Source of the DNA: Squalus acanthias
Taxonomy: Eukaryota
Direction of reading: 5' to 3'
Assembly (NCBI GenBank): GCA_030390025.1
Contig: CM059438.1
Location: 54,686,001-54,750,000, forward strand
DNA: 64,000 bases
The first letter of the stretch is position 1; each line of letters opens with the position of its first letter. The position numbers were made by a program, and so were the translations under genes. The notes under the pieces were generated by a model. It made no database searches and was not told the origin of the DNA. It worked only from the letters and a program-made list of their open reading frames with translations. Of this stretch, positions 41,039 through 53,490 are shown piece by piece.

Positions 41039-44000
41039 TTTGGAGGGAAATCTGCAGGGAAATCGCAGAGATATGCAAGAGCTATAGAGTAGTGATATTG
41101 CGGGACTTTAATTACCCAAATATTGATTGGGATAATGCTAGGGTAAAGGGAAAGGAGGGGGAGGAATTTCTGAAATGTGTTCAGGAGAATTTCCTTGACC
41201 AATATGTTCTCGGCCCAACTAGGAAGGAGGCATTGCTGGATCTGGTGCTGGGGAATGAGGTGGGCCAGGTCGACCAAGTGTCTGTGGGGGAACACTTGGG
41301 TACGAGTGATCATCGTATCATAAGATTTAGATTAGCAATGGAGAGGAGCAAGGAACAATCTAGAGTGGAACTTCTAAACTGGAATAGGGCTAACTTCAAT
41401 GGGATACGAAAGGATCTAGCCAGGGTAAAATGGAACTAAAGACTGACAGGAGAAACTGTAACGGAACAATGGGTGATCTTTAAGGAGAAGATGTTCCAAG
41501 TACAGGCTAGGTACATTCCAACAAGAGGGAAGGGTAAGGGAACCAAAGCATGGGCTCCTTGGATGACGAGGGAGATAGAGAAGATGATGAAACAAAAAAA
41601 GAGGGTGTATGATGCATGTCAGGTGAATTCTTCAAGGGAGAACCAGACCAAATATAATAAGTTGAGAGGGGAAGTGAAGATGAAAATAAGATTGGCAAAG
41701 AGAGAATATGAGAGTAGAATGGCGGTTAACATAAAAGAGAACCCAAAAATTTTCTACCGGCATGTAAACAGTAAGTGGGTAGTAAGAGGCGGGGTGGGGC
41801 CTATTAGAGACAAAGAAGGTGATATATGCTTAGAGGCGTAGGGCAAGGCTAGAATACTCAATGAGTACTTTGTATCGGTGTTTACTAAGGAGGTGGATGC
41901 TGACAAAATATCGGTAGAAGTGGAAAAGGTAGAAGCAATGGAAGGGGTGAAAATTGATAGACAGGATGTACTAGAAAGGCTGGGTATGCTTAGAGTGGAC
42001 AAGTCTCTTGGTCCAGATGGCTTGCATCCCAGGTTGCTAAGGGAATTGGGGGAGGAGATAGCGGAAGGGCTTGCCATAATTTTCCAATCCTCCCTTGATG
42101 CGGGCGAGGTGCCTGAGGATTGGAAAGTGGCAAATGTGACAGCATTGTTCAAGAAAGGGTGTAAGGACAATCCTAATAACTACAGGCCGGTCAGTTTAAC
42201 ATCAGTGCTGGGTAAAGTTTTAGAAACAATAATCAAGGAAAAAATTAATGGGCTTTTGGAGAGGTTTAAGCTAATTAAGGAGCGCCAACACAGGTTTGTA
42301 AAAGGCAGATCGTGTTTGACTAATCTAATTGAATTTTTTGATGAAGTAACAGAGAGGATTGATGAAGAGAATGCAATGGATGTTGTCTACATGAATTTTC
42401 AGAAGGCGTTTGACAAAGTACCACATAGAAGGCTGGTTAACAAAATTGAGGCTCATGGAATAGGTGGGTCAGTGGCAGCTTGGATAAAGAATTGGCTTAA
42501 GGACAGAAAACAGCGAGTTGTGGTAAATGGCTGTTTTTCAGACTGGAGGATGGTAGACAGTGGTGTTCCCCAAGGGTCAGTGCTGGGGCCACTGCTTTTT
42601 TTGATATATATAAATGACCTGAATATTGGAATACAGCGTAGAATTTCTAAATTTGCCGATGACACCAAACTTGGGGGTGTGGCAAACAGTGGTGATGATA
42701 TCAATCGACTGCAACAGGATATAGAAAGGCTAGCAGAATGGGCAGACAAGTGGCAGATGGAATTTAATACAGAGAAGTGTGAGGTCTTGCATTTTGGTAG
42801 AAGGAACAGGGAGAGGCAATATACACTTAATGGCACAGCTTTAAAGAGTGTGCAGGGACAGAGGGACCTGGGATTTAATGTGCATAGGTCCCTGAAGGTG
42901 GCGGGACATATTGAGAGAGTGGTTAATAAAGCATATGGGATCTTGGGCTTCATAAATAGAGGTATTAAGTACAAAAGTAGAAAAGTTATGCTGAACCTTT
43001 ATAAAGCGCTGGTTAGGCCACAACTGGAGTATTGCGTCCAGTTCTGGTCACCACACTTTAGGAAGGATGTGAAGGCCCTTGAGAGGGTGCAGAGGAGATT
43101 TACCAGAATGGTTCCGGGGATGGGGGATCTTAGCTCCTAGGACAGGTTGGAGAAGCTGGATTTGTTTTCATTAGAGCAAAGGAGGTTGATGGGTGATTTG
43201 ATAGAGGTGTACAAGATTATGACGGGTTTGGATAGGCTAGACGGGGAAAGGCTGTTCCCACTAGTTGATGGTACAAGGACTAGAGGACACAGATTTAAGG
43301 TTTTGGGCAAGAGATACAGGGGGGATGTGAGGAAAAACTTTTTTACGCAGCGAGTGGTGAGGATCTGGAACTCGCTGCCGCCAGAAGTGGTGGAAGCGGA
43401 GACACTCAATGTTTTCAAGGGGAGACTGGATAGGCACTTGAGGGAAATAAACTTGCAGGGCTACGGGGATAGAGCGGGGGAATGGGACTGACTGGATTGC
43501 TCTACAGAGAGCCAGCACGGACTCGATGGGCCGAATGGCCTCCTTCTGTGCCGTTATGACTCTATGGGGGAAAAATTCGGTTGGTTTGCGCCTCCCGTTA
43601 GCGCCTTAAGAGGGCACTAATAGGATGCAAAGCAACTAGCGCCCGGGTGCGGCGATGTTTGCGCCGCTCGTGAAATTGACCAGACATTTTGCGGCGGCAC
43701 TAAACACTACCGCCACGATCTCCTGCGCCCGCAGATCGTGACATCAGTCGAGCGTGGAATGCCCCGGTAGCAGCCCGGACCGGATATTGAGTGGCGCCTT
43801 ACTGCCTGCCGCTAGCAACGACAGGTTGAGGGAAGCGTTTTACAGTCGGGAGGGAACTGGGGGAGCGCTATTTAAAGGCGACCGGTTCCTGCCTTTTTTT
43901 GGGCGACATTTTTTGCACCACGCATTCTGAGTGAGAGAGAGAGACTTCTAGAGAGATTCAACGCTGTGTTTAGGAGTTTTGGGTACTGAGCAGCACTTTG

Positions 44001-44460
44001 CAGGTTCATTTTGATTTGATCTTCCTTGCATCAATTTAGAAGAGACTACGGGGGCTGCACTCTGACATCTTTCCCTGGGCCTCTCCATTGTTCTTTCCAG
44101 CAGATTTGATGTACAGGTCTCTCCAGGCCGAGATTCCAGGCTGCAATGAACAAGGTGTGGATGGAGAGCAAGATCGACCTTCCCCTTTAAGAACTGGCCA
44201 GCGTCAGTGTGTCTGTGTTCCATTGCTGACTGACATCACATGAGCTTTGCCAGCGCTCTGAGATAGAGCCTCGCTCCTCAGCGTTAGCGCCTTCAGAGAG
44301 GTGTGTAGCACCTGCTTTAGCGCTCCAGTCACCTCCAGGGGCGATAGAAGCCAAGTTTGCAGTCGGAGGCGATAATTAGCACCAGGCGTTAAACTGTGCG
44401 CCCGGCCGATAATTGCGCCCTAAACGGGGCGATACCGAATTTCTCCCCCTATGACTCTAT
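41039..44460 (+). mobile_element. 5'-truncated CR1 LINE (EN-RT; RT ORF 41878-43140) with (ATGACTCT)n tail interrupted by a MITE
   Basis: CR1 RT motifs with in-frame stops, TSD AAGTA, and tail on both sides of the MITE. Confidence 0.93.
43566..44449 (-). mobile_element. Non-autonomous Harbinger: internal-deletion derivative of the 30714-34871 family, inverted orientation
   Basis: TIRs GGGGGAAAAATTCGG / CCGAATTTCTCCCCC, TSD TAT; the two arms are homologous to 34385-34871 and 30714-31090 and are joined near 44065. Confidence 0.93.
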
Positions 44461-46011
44461 AAGTAACGTAATAGGTCCTCTATTGTTTCTTAACTCCAAC
44501 TAAATAGATTGTCTTTGACTTCTCAAGGACATTCTCTTTTTCTAGCACTGTAAGATATTCCTTAATCAAAACTGCTACCCCTCCTCTTTTCTCCTTCTCT
44601 ATCTTTACTGAATATCTTGTACCCAGGAATATTAAGCATCCAATCCTCTTCTTTTTTGTGCCAGATCTCCGTTATCGCCACTACATCATATTCCCACGTG
44701 GCTATTTTCGCCTGCAGCTCACCAACATTATTCACCACCTTTCGTGCATTTACACACATACATTCCAAACCTAACTTAGAACTCTTTGTATTTTCTATGA
44801 TCCCACCTAATTCTGTATTATTTCTAACTCTAACTGTCTCTCCCAGTCCTCTGTGCACCTTGTTTCTACTTTTTAATACTACATCTTGGTGTCCTGCCCA
44901 ACCCCTGTTGAATTAATTTAAACCCTCCCTCACAACACTAGTTAACCTGCCTGTGAGGATATTAGTCCCAGTTCTGTTCAGGTGTAACCTATCCATCTTG
45001 AACTGGTCCCAATGTCCCAGAAATCTGAAGCCCTCCCGCCTACACCATGTCTCTTGCCACTCATATCCTCCTATTTCTACACTCACTGGCGTGTGGCACT
45101 GGGAGTAATCCAGTCATTACTACCTTTGTGGTCCTGCTTTTTAACTTCCTCCCTAGCTCCTTAAACTTTAAGTGCAGGACCTCAAACCTTTTCCTCTCCA
45201 TATCATTGGTTCCTACATAGACCATGACTTCTGGCTCTTCCCCTTCCCCCTGCAGAATGTTCTGCACCCTCTCCGTGATGTCCCTTACCCTGGCACCAGG
45301 GAGGCAACATACCATATGGGTCTCATGTCGGCAGTAGCAGAACTGCCTGTCTGTCCTCCTGACAGTCGAATCCCCAATTACTACTGCGTCCCTGCACTTT
45401 TCTGTACATCCCTGTGCAGTCCTTTGCCTCACGGTGCCAGGGTAAAGGACTCCACTCCTTCGAGATGTCGTCACCCTCACTGGTATTCAATGCTGAATAT
45501 CGGTTTGAGAGTGCCACACTCCCGGAGGATTCCTGCACTGCCTGCCTCTTCCTACCCTTCCGGGTGCCCACCCATTTGCTTTTCTGAACTCCATCTGGCT
45601 GTGGGGAGACCACCTTCTTGAACGTGCGATCCCGGAAACATTCAGCCACTTGTATTCCCTGCATTGAATCCAGCTGCCCCTCAAGCTCAAACTCTCAGCA
45701 TGAGTTTGAGTAGTTGGAGGCACTTCTTGCACACGTGGGCCTCCGGAACACACACAGCACCCTGAAGTTCCCACATGGCGCAGAAATTGCAGGCTACGGG
45801 TCGCAGCTGTCTGTCCATTCTGATTAGAAACTTAAAAAAAACTCCTTAGATACAAGGTGATTTATGTAATTGTTGTTAACTAGGTCTAAACTATTTTAAT
45901 GTATTAAATTACACTGCTGTTTTTGTATTCACTCCTCAAAGCCAAGACTAATTATTTACTCAAGCTTACCAAGAACCACGAGATCACTGAACGGAAAGAA
46001 CCTAAATATTA

Positions 46012-46763
46012 GGGGGTAAAAATTGAGTCGCGCCCCATTTGGGGCACTAACCTCGCCGGGGCGCGACTTTTAGCGCCCCGAAAAAATTAGCGGCCCCGCG
46101 CCGGAACTTCAGTGGTTGCGCCCCAAGAGGGAAGCGGGGCGCCACTGGAAGCACCCCGCATCCCTCTTGGGGCGCTGCGAGGGAATATCCTGGCGCTACG
46201 GCACGTCGCGCCGCGGTATTGCAGGCCTTCCTCCCCTTCTTAAAGGGGAGGGACCCTGCGCAGCGCGAACCGGGGCCCAGCTGGGCCCCCAGGGATCGGG
46301 AGTGCCGGCAAAAGAGCCCGGCACTCAAGAGAAGTGCCGGGCTCTTGGAGCGCAGCCGGCACTTCACGGTGGGGGGGCTTCACGGGGGCCGGGGACAGCA
46401 ACGGGGGCAGGTGCTGGCAGGCGGCCAGCAACAAAAATGGCCGCCTGCCACCTCCCCTTTAAATATCGCCGCCCCGGCCGCACGTACGCCTCCCTGAACC
46501 CGTCGGACATAGCGTCTGGCGGTAAATCAGGGGGCGCGACTGAAGATCGTGGCTGGAGCGCGAGCGGGGTGCTGCGCACGGAGATGACGTCACCGCCGGC
46601 GGCGCAGCGCCACAGGGCGCTACCGGCTGGCGCCGCCGCTAACCTCCCGCTGAATTTTTCGGGAGGCGTGGGCGGCGCTGCGCCCGGGCGTTAGCTGCTT
46701 TACGCCCCATTAGCGCCCTCTTAAGGCGCTAACGGGAGGCGCAAGCAGCTGAATTTTTCCCCC
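46012..46763 (+). mobile_element. CpG-rich Harbinger-type MITE
   Basis: Ends GGGGGTAAAAATT / AATTTTTCCCCC, TSD TAG (or TA); its right ~75 bp is homologous to the right end of the full-length Harbinger; no coding capacity. Confidence 0.85.
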
Positions 46764-46940
46764 TAGATATCTAGATACTAAACCTAGATACTTATCTTAG
46801 AATCCTCAGGTTCTACGGCTCCACTCCTTCTTTTGAGTTGGACGTGAGGACCGCCTTCTTTCTCGCCACCAAATTCCTACTATCACCAAATTCTCAGCTT
46901 CCACTCTATTTGCGATCCACTCCTATTGCGATTCACTAGT

Positions 46941-49274
46941 TGAGTTTTCACCTGGCAACTCTCAGTTCACAAGTTAGCAAGATCAGACAGTGGTGGCAGG
47001 GACAGCTGTGGAGAGTCTGTATCGGCTGAGCTCTGCTCAGCTGAGCACAGATGCTGTACCCTGGGGGCCATCAATGCCATTGATGGAAAGGATAATCATT
47101 GAGGGGCAGCAGAAAACCTACAACATACTGGCATGCCTTCCATGCACACTTCACGATTGCAGAAAGAATGGACGAGTCCAGCTCAAGCATGAGTAGATTG
47201 ACGTCGCAGGGCATTGCAAGGATGTCTTCTTCCATGGAGCAGTCAGTACCCAACATGCTGCCTCCTTTTCTGATGGCCGAGTCTACCCCTGCACAACTGC
47301 AAGTGGACCAGTCTTTGGCGAGGCCCTCACTGGCTTCAACATCCAGAGGTTGTCAGCCAAGATTAATTGGAGCAGGGATCGGAGCACCCTTCCATTACCT
47401 TTGCTCTAGCAACAGGGGTTGCACCACGTAGGAGCAGCAAGAAAAGGAAGAGCAAAGCTTTGTAGTTTACCAAGGGTATGAACATGGGTGTATGAGAAGA
47501 TGTTATGTTGTTAAGTTTCTGTTGTTTAGTACAATCACATAAAATTTATTAATTTGCACCACTTTCCCATGTTGCCTATTCTTGGTTGCTGGGTGGCAAC
47601 TCGGCTTTTCAGTTGTTTGTTGATGAATAGGAAGACATGAATTGTCGGGGATGTGCCGGGGTGTTTTGTTGGTTAGAGGACTGCTTTGTGTCAGTGGGAT
47701 TGGTGGGGGAAGAGGAGAGCGGCCATTGGATGTGATTGGTACATCGGTCCAGTGGTGGAAACTAACTGAACCATACAGCTATAAGGGAATCCATGGCATC
47801 CCGGGCAGCAGTGTGAGCGGCTGGTACTGCGTTGGGGCCGCCACCTTCCTCCTCTTCCTATTCTGCTTTCTCCTCCTCCTTGGATTTGTCCGCAGACAAT
47901 ATGTGCTCTGCGCCTTGTTCCTCCAGCAGTTCCAATCCTCGCTTTGCGCAGCACACCACGATCATTCTAGTGACCCTGGCTGGCCAGTATTGAAGGGCAC
48001 CTCCAGATCTGTTCAGGCACGTGAAGCACATCTTGAGCATGCCGCTCGCTTGCTCAATGACACATCTGGTTGTCATATGGCTTTCATTGTACCACTCTTG
48101 GGCTTCATTGGTGGGGTTTCTCACATGTGTCATCAGCCAAGTTTGAAGGGGGGTATCCTTTGTCTCCTACCAACCACCCCTTAAGTCTACTTTCAGTTCC
48201 AAAGATGTCGGGGAGTTTGGACTGCCGCTGGATAAAAACATCATGGCAGCTCCCCGGGAATTTGGCGTGCACCTGCATAAACCTTTTTTTGTGGTTGCAC
48301 AACAGCTGCCCATTGATAGAATGGAACCCTTTGCAGTTTATGAATACTTCTGGTTGATCTGGGGATGTGTGTGCAGTCAATGATGCCCTATGCTTGTGGG
48401 AAGTCAGCCAGAGACGCAAACCCAAGCGCCCACTCATTCTGACTGGTGCCATCACAGGCGAAATTGACATCATTGCCGTTCCTGGCAAACAAACTATCAG
48501 TGACCTGCCGTATGCATTTACGTGCAGACGACTGGAAGATCTTGGATATGTCTCCGGCAGTGCCCTGGAAGGATCCGGAGCCAAAAAAGTTGAGGCCGGG
48601 GGTCACTTTCACAGCCACTGGTAATGCATGGCCACCAGGTCCAGCAGGGAGCGGGTCTTCTTCTAGAAGGCTGCAGATGTCTGCCACCACCTGACCCGCC
48701 AACCTCAGCCTCCGGAAGCACTGCTCGTCCGAGAGCTCAAGGAAGCTGAGCCTCTGCTTGTGCAACCTGTTATGCGGGTACTACCTCCTGCGAGCTCGAC
48801 CCCTCTGTGCTGCTCCCCTCTGTGCTGCTCCCCTTTCTGCTGACCACTTGCAGGTCTCTCCACAGCAGGCTGTTGCTGCTGCTGATGGTCATCTTATTCC
48901 TCGTCTGAGGTCCAAGCCATGGTGCCACCTATCCTGATCTTGAGTCTCAATACCTGCAAAATGCAGAAATTAGCCTCTCACCACAAGTACTCTCAACAAA
49001 CCCTTTCCTAGTGGTAGGCAAGAGGGCAGCTGTGAGCACTGAGTGTTTATTGGTGTGTCTGACTTTTAATGAGCCCCATAAACTGCTGTTCTTTTCCCGC
49101 CTTGGTTTCAATGGCGAGTTTCAGGAAGCCCTGGAAACCCATACATGCGCCGCTAAATTTAAATGCCAGTTAAAATATCGCTGTAATTCATGGATTGCAT
49201 GGTTGCGGGGGGCTAGAAAGCAGTCGGGAAACCCGGGAGAACAAATTTCCGGCAAGCCCTGCCGAATTTAGCTC
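46941..49274. mobile_element. Degenerate Harbinger right part (3' end of Myb-like gene plus transposase)
   Basis: 46945-47240 is homologous to 38655-38945, and the minus strand carries transposase remnants. Confidence 0.8.
47800..48921 (-). pseudogene. Harbinger DDE transposase pseudogene
   Basis: LSFLELSDEQCFRRLRL, VAVKVTPGLNFFGSGSFQ, KGFHSIN, FPGSCHD, WLVGDKGYP and YNESHMTTRCVIEQ are spread over several frames. Confidence 0.88.
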
Positions 49275-52200
49275 ATATGTCCATGAGACCCGCCTGCTAC
49301 TCTCTCGACCCCATTCCTACTAAACTGCTGACCACCAAATATTCCCTTCCTGGCCCCCATGTAAGCTGATAATGTTAACGGTTCCCTCTCCTCAGGTACT
49401 GTCCATCTCCCCTTCAAGTCTGCCGTCATCACCCTTCCTCACAAAACCATCCCTTGACCCCTCTATCCTTGTAAACTACTGCCCCATCTCAGACCTGCTT
49501 TTCCTCTCCAAAGCCCTTGAACGTGTTGTCGCCTCCCAAATCCGTACCCATTTTTCTTGCAACTCCACATTTGAATCATTCCAATCTGCTTTACACCCCT
49601 GCCACAGCACTGAAACAGCCCTAAACAAAGTCACAAATGACATAACCTCAAAACACAACATCAGGTTCCACATGTATGCTGACAACACCCAGCTCTATCT
49701 CACCACCACCTCTGTCGGCCTCTGTCGGCCCCTCCACTGCCTTGGCATTGTCAGACTGTTTGTCCGACACACAGCCCTGGATGAAACAAAATTTCCTTCA
49801 GTTAAACATTGGTAAGACCAAAGCCGTTGTGTTCGGCATCTGCCACAAACTCCATTCCCTAGCCACTGATTCCATTCCCCTCCCTGGTCACTGTTTCAGG
49901 CTGAACCAGACTGTTCACAACCTCAGCATCCTATTTGACCCTGAGCTGAGCTTCCGACACCATATCTTCTTCATCACCAAGACCGCCTACTTCCACCTTC
50001 GTAATATCGCCCATCTCTGCCCCTACCTCAGCCCTTCTGCTGCTGAAATCCTCACCTATGCTTTTATTACCTCTAGACTTGACTATTCCAATGATCTCCT
50101 GGCCAGCCTTCCATCTTCATTAACTTAAGCTCACCCAAACCTCTACTGCACAGATCCTGACTTGCACCTGTCCTAGTCACCCATCATCCCTGTGCTTGCT
50201 GACCTACATTGACTCCCAGTCCATCAACACCTCAATTTTAAAATTCTCATCCTTGTGTTCAAGTTCCTCCCTATCACTGTAACCTCCTCCAGCCCTACAA
50301 CCCTCCAAGAACTTTGCTGGATCTGGTGCTGGAGAATGAGGTGGGCCAGGTCGTCCAAATGTCTGTCGGAGAAAACTTGGGTACGAGTGATCATCGTATC
50401 ATAAGATTTAGATTAGCAATGGAGAGGAGCAAGGAACAATCTAGAGTAGAACTTCTAAACTGGAATAGGGCTGACTTCAATGGGATGCGAAAGGATCTAG
50501 CCAGGGTAAAACGGAACCTAAGACTGACAGGAAAAACTGTAATGGAACAATGGGTGTTCTTTAAGGAGGAGATGTTCCAAGTACAGGCTAGGTACATTCC
50601 AACAAGAGGGAAGAGTAAAGACACCAAAGCAAGGGCTCCTTGGATGACGAGGGAGATAGAGAAGATGATGAAACAAAAAAAGAGGGTGTATGATGCATGT
50701 CAGGTGAATTCTTCAAGGGAGAACCAGACCAAATACAATAAGTTGAGAGGGGAAGTGAAGATGAAAATAAGATTGGCAAAGAGAGAATATGAGAGTAGAA
50801 TGGCGGTTGACAAAAAAAGGGAACCCAAAAATCTTCTACCGGCATGTAAACAGTAAGCGGGTAGTAAGAGGCAGGGTGGGGCCTATTAGGGACAAAGAAG
50901 GTGATAGATGCTTAGAGGCGCAGGGCAAGGCTAGAATACTCAATGAGTACTTTGTATCGGTGTTTACTAAGGAGGTGGATGCTGACAAAATATCGGTAGA
51001 AGTGGAAAAGGTATATAATGGAAGGGGTGAAAATTGATAGACAGGATGTACTAGAAAGGCTGGGTATGCTTAGAGTGGATGAGTCGCCTTGTCCAGATGG
51101 CTTGCATCCCAGGTTGCTGAGGGAATTGGGGGAGGAGATAGCGGAAGGGCTTGCCATAATTTTCCAATCTTCCCTAGATGCGGGGGAGGTGTCTGAGGAT
51201 TGGAAAGTGGCAAATGTGACACCATTGTTCAAGAAAGGGTGTAAGGACAATCCTAGTAACTACAGGCCGGTCAGTTCAACATCAGTGCTGGGTAAAGTTT
51301 TAGTAACAATAATCAAGGAAAAAATTAATGGGCACTTGGAGAGGTTTAAGCTAATTAAGGAGAGCCAGCAAGGATTTGTAAAAGGCAGATCATGTTTGAC
51401 TAATCTAATTGAATTTTTTGATGAAGTAACAGGGAGGATTGATGAAGGGAATGCAATGGATGTTGTCTATATGAATTTTCGGAATTTTGACAAAGTACCA
51501 CATAGAAGGCTGGTTAACAAAATTGAGGCTCATGGAATAGGTGGGTCAGTGGCAGCTTGGATAAGGAATTGACTTAAGGACAGAAAACAGGGAGTTGTGG
51601 TAAATGGCTGTTTTTCAGACTGGAGGATGGTAGACAGTGGTGTACCCCAAGGGTCAGTGCTGGGGCCACTGCTTTTTTTGATATATATAAATGGCCTGGA
51701 GATTGTAATACAGAGTAGAATTTCTAAATTTGCCGATGACACCAAACTTAGGGGTGTGGCAAACAGTGATGATGATACCAATCGACTGCAACGGGACATA
51801 GAAAGGCTAGCAGAATGGGCAGACAAGTGGCAGATGAAAGATAATACAGAGAAGTGTGAGGTGGTGCATTTTGGTAGAAGGAACAGGGAGAGGCAATATA
51901 CACTTAATGGCATAGTTTTAAAGAGTGTGCAGGGACAGAGGGACCTCAGAGTTAATGTGCATGGGTCCCTGGCAGGACATATTGAGAGAGTGGTTAGCAA
52001 AGCATATGGGATCTTGGGCTTCATAAATAGAGGTATTGAGTACAAAAGTAGAGAAGTTATGCTGAACCTTTATAAAGCGCTGGTTAGGCCACAACTGGAG
52101 TATTGCGTCCAGTTCTGGTCACCACTCTTTAGTAAGGATGTGAAGGCCCTTGAGAGGGTGCAGAGAAGATTTACCAGAATGGTTCCGGGGATGGGGGATC

Positions 52201-52792
52201 TTAGCTACAGGGACAGGTTGGAGAACCTGGATTTGTTTTCATTAGTGCAAAGGAGGTTGAGGGGTGATTTGATAGAGGTGTACAGATTATGACGGGTTTG
52301 GATAGGCTAGACGGGGAAAGGCTGTTCCCACTAGTTGATGGTACAAGGACTAGGGGACACAGATTTAAGGTTTAGGGCAAGAGATACAGGGGGGATGTGA
52401 GGAAAAACTTTTTTACACAGAGAGTGGTGATGACCTGGAAATCACTGCCGATGGAAGTGGTGGAAGCGGAGACACTCAATGTTTTCAAGGGGAGACTGGA
52501 TAGGCACGTGAGGGAACCCCACTTCCTTCACCCCACCATTGGTGGCTGTGCCTCCTGACGTCTAGGGCGTAAGCTCTTGAATTTCTCTCTACCTTTCTAA
52601 ACCTCTCTACCTCTCCTCCTTTAAGACCCTCCTTAAAAAGCTCTCTTTAACCAAGTTTTTGGTCACCTGTCCTAATGTCTTTACCTCTGGCTCAGTGCCA
52701 ATTTTTGTCTGATTACACTCCTGCGAAGCACCTTTGGAGATTTTACTATATTAAAGATGCTATATAAATGCAGGCTCGTTTTGTTGTTGTTG
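49275..52792 (+). mobile_element. L2-clade LINE fragment (49275-50312 and 52516-52792) interrupted by a CR1
   Basis: LDPSILVNYCPIS, HSTETAL, YADNTQLYL, SRLDYSN; 3' tail ATAAATGCA...(TTG)n. Confidence 0.85.
50313..52515 (+). mobile_element. CR1 LINE segment truncated at both ends, close relative of 41235-43446
   Basis: ORFs 50314-50856, 51018-51572 and 51597-52292 are nearly identical in peptide to the 41-43 kb copy; no 3' tail. Confidence 0.92.
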
Positions 52793-52854
52793 ATGGAACC
52801 AGGGTTATGGAAGACGTTGTGTAACATCCAAGTGGCCAGGACACTAGCCACTTA

Positions 52855-53312
52855 ACCTTGGCTCAGTGGTAGCACTCTTCCCTCAGTGTCAGAAGGTCGT
52901 GCGTTAAGCTCGACTCCAGAAACGTAAGTATATAAACTAGAGTGACATTTCAGTGCAGTACTAAGGGAGAGTTTTGTACTGTTCAAGGCATGGTCTTTCA
53001 GCTGACTGGTTTAAACCAAGGTCACATCTGCCCTTTCAAGTGGATGTAAAAGATCCCATGGCACAATTTGAAGAAGAGCAGAGTTCTCTTGGTGTAGTCA
53101 ACATTTATCCCTCAATCAGCACCACCAAAACAGATAATTTGGTCATTTATCTCATTGCTGTTTTTTGACCTTGTGGGGTACAAATTGGATGCCTATTTTC
53201 CCTACATTACAACAGCGACTACAAATCCAAAGGACTTCATTGGCTGTAAAGCTCATTGGGACATTCTGAGGTCATGAAAGGCGCTAGAGAAATGCAGTTT
53301 TTTTCTATCTTT
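52855..53312 (+). mobile_element. tRNA-derived Deu-domain SINE, near full length
   Basis: A-box-like TGGCTCAGTGG head, central GTGGATGTAAAAGATCCCATGGCAC domain, L2-like tail. Confidence 0.75.
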
Positions 53313-53346
53313 AATGCAAGAGTGCAAACATGCAGTGTTAATGGAC

Positions 53347-53455
53347 CTTGTAGCTTTGTATTTGATACTTGATATTTGGCCCATGTAATGGGCCACATGG
53401 TCAGCACTTTGGTATGGCAACACTAAGCCTATGCCATGGAAGAACAGGAGCATGC
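53347..53455 (-). CDS. Host gene exon B (109 nt, phase 1-2): MLLFFHGIGLVLPYQSADHVAHYMGQISSIKYKAT
   Basis: Acceptor ctctccaaatgcacAG, weak donor AAG|GTccat, stop-free, in a unique island; phases link exons A and C. Confidence 0.65.
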
Positions 53456-53490
53456 CTGTGCATTTGGAGAGATGAACAACTGGCACAGAG

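Larger units (their letters stand above)
39190..46940 (-). mobile_element. CR1 LINE (5' UTR, ORF1 with esterase domain, EN, partial RT) split by nested insertions
   Basis: ORF1 VIGDSTVR...YVGTND (45061-45480), EN N-terminus (44562-44858), EN/RT (40638-41038, 39181-39936). GPITLL|GVFYRPP is split at TSD AAGTA (41034-41038 / 44461-44465). Confidence 0.88.

Noticed and set aside
46047..46694. GC-rich overlapping ORFs
   Set aside because: Stop-poor frames inside a GC-rich MITE, with no recognisable domain.
52855..52930. tRNA gene
   Set aside because: It is only the degenerate tRNA-derived head of a SINE, with no intact B-box or cloverleaf.
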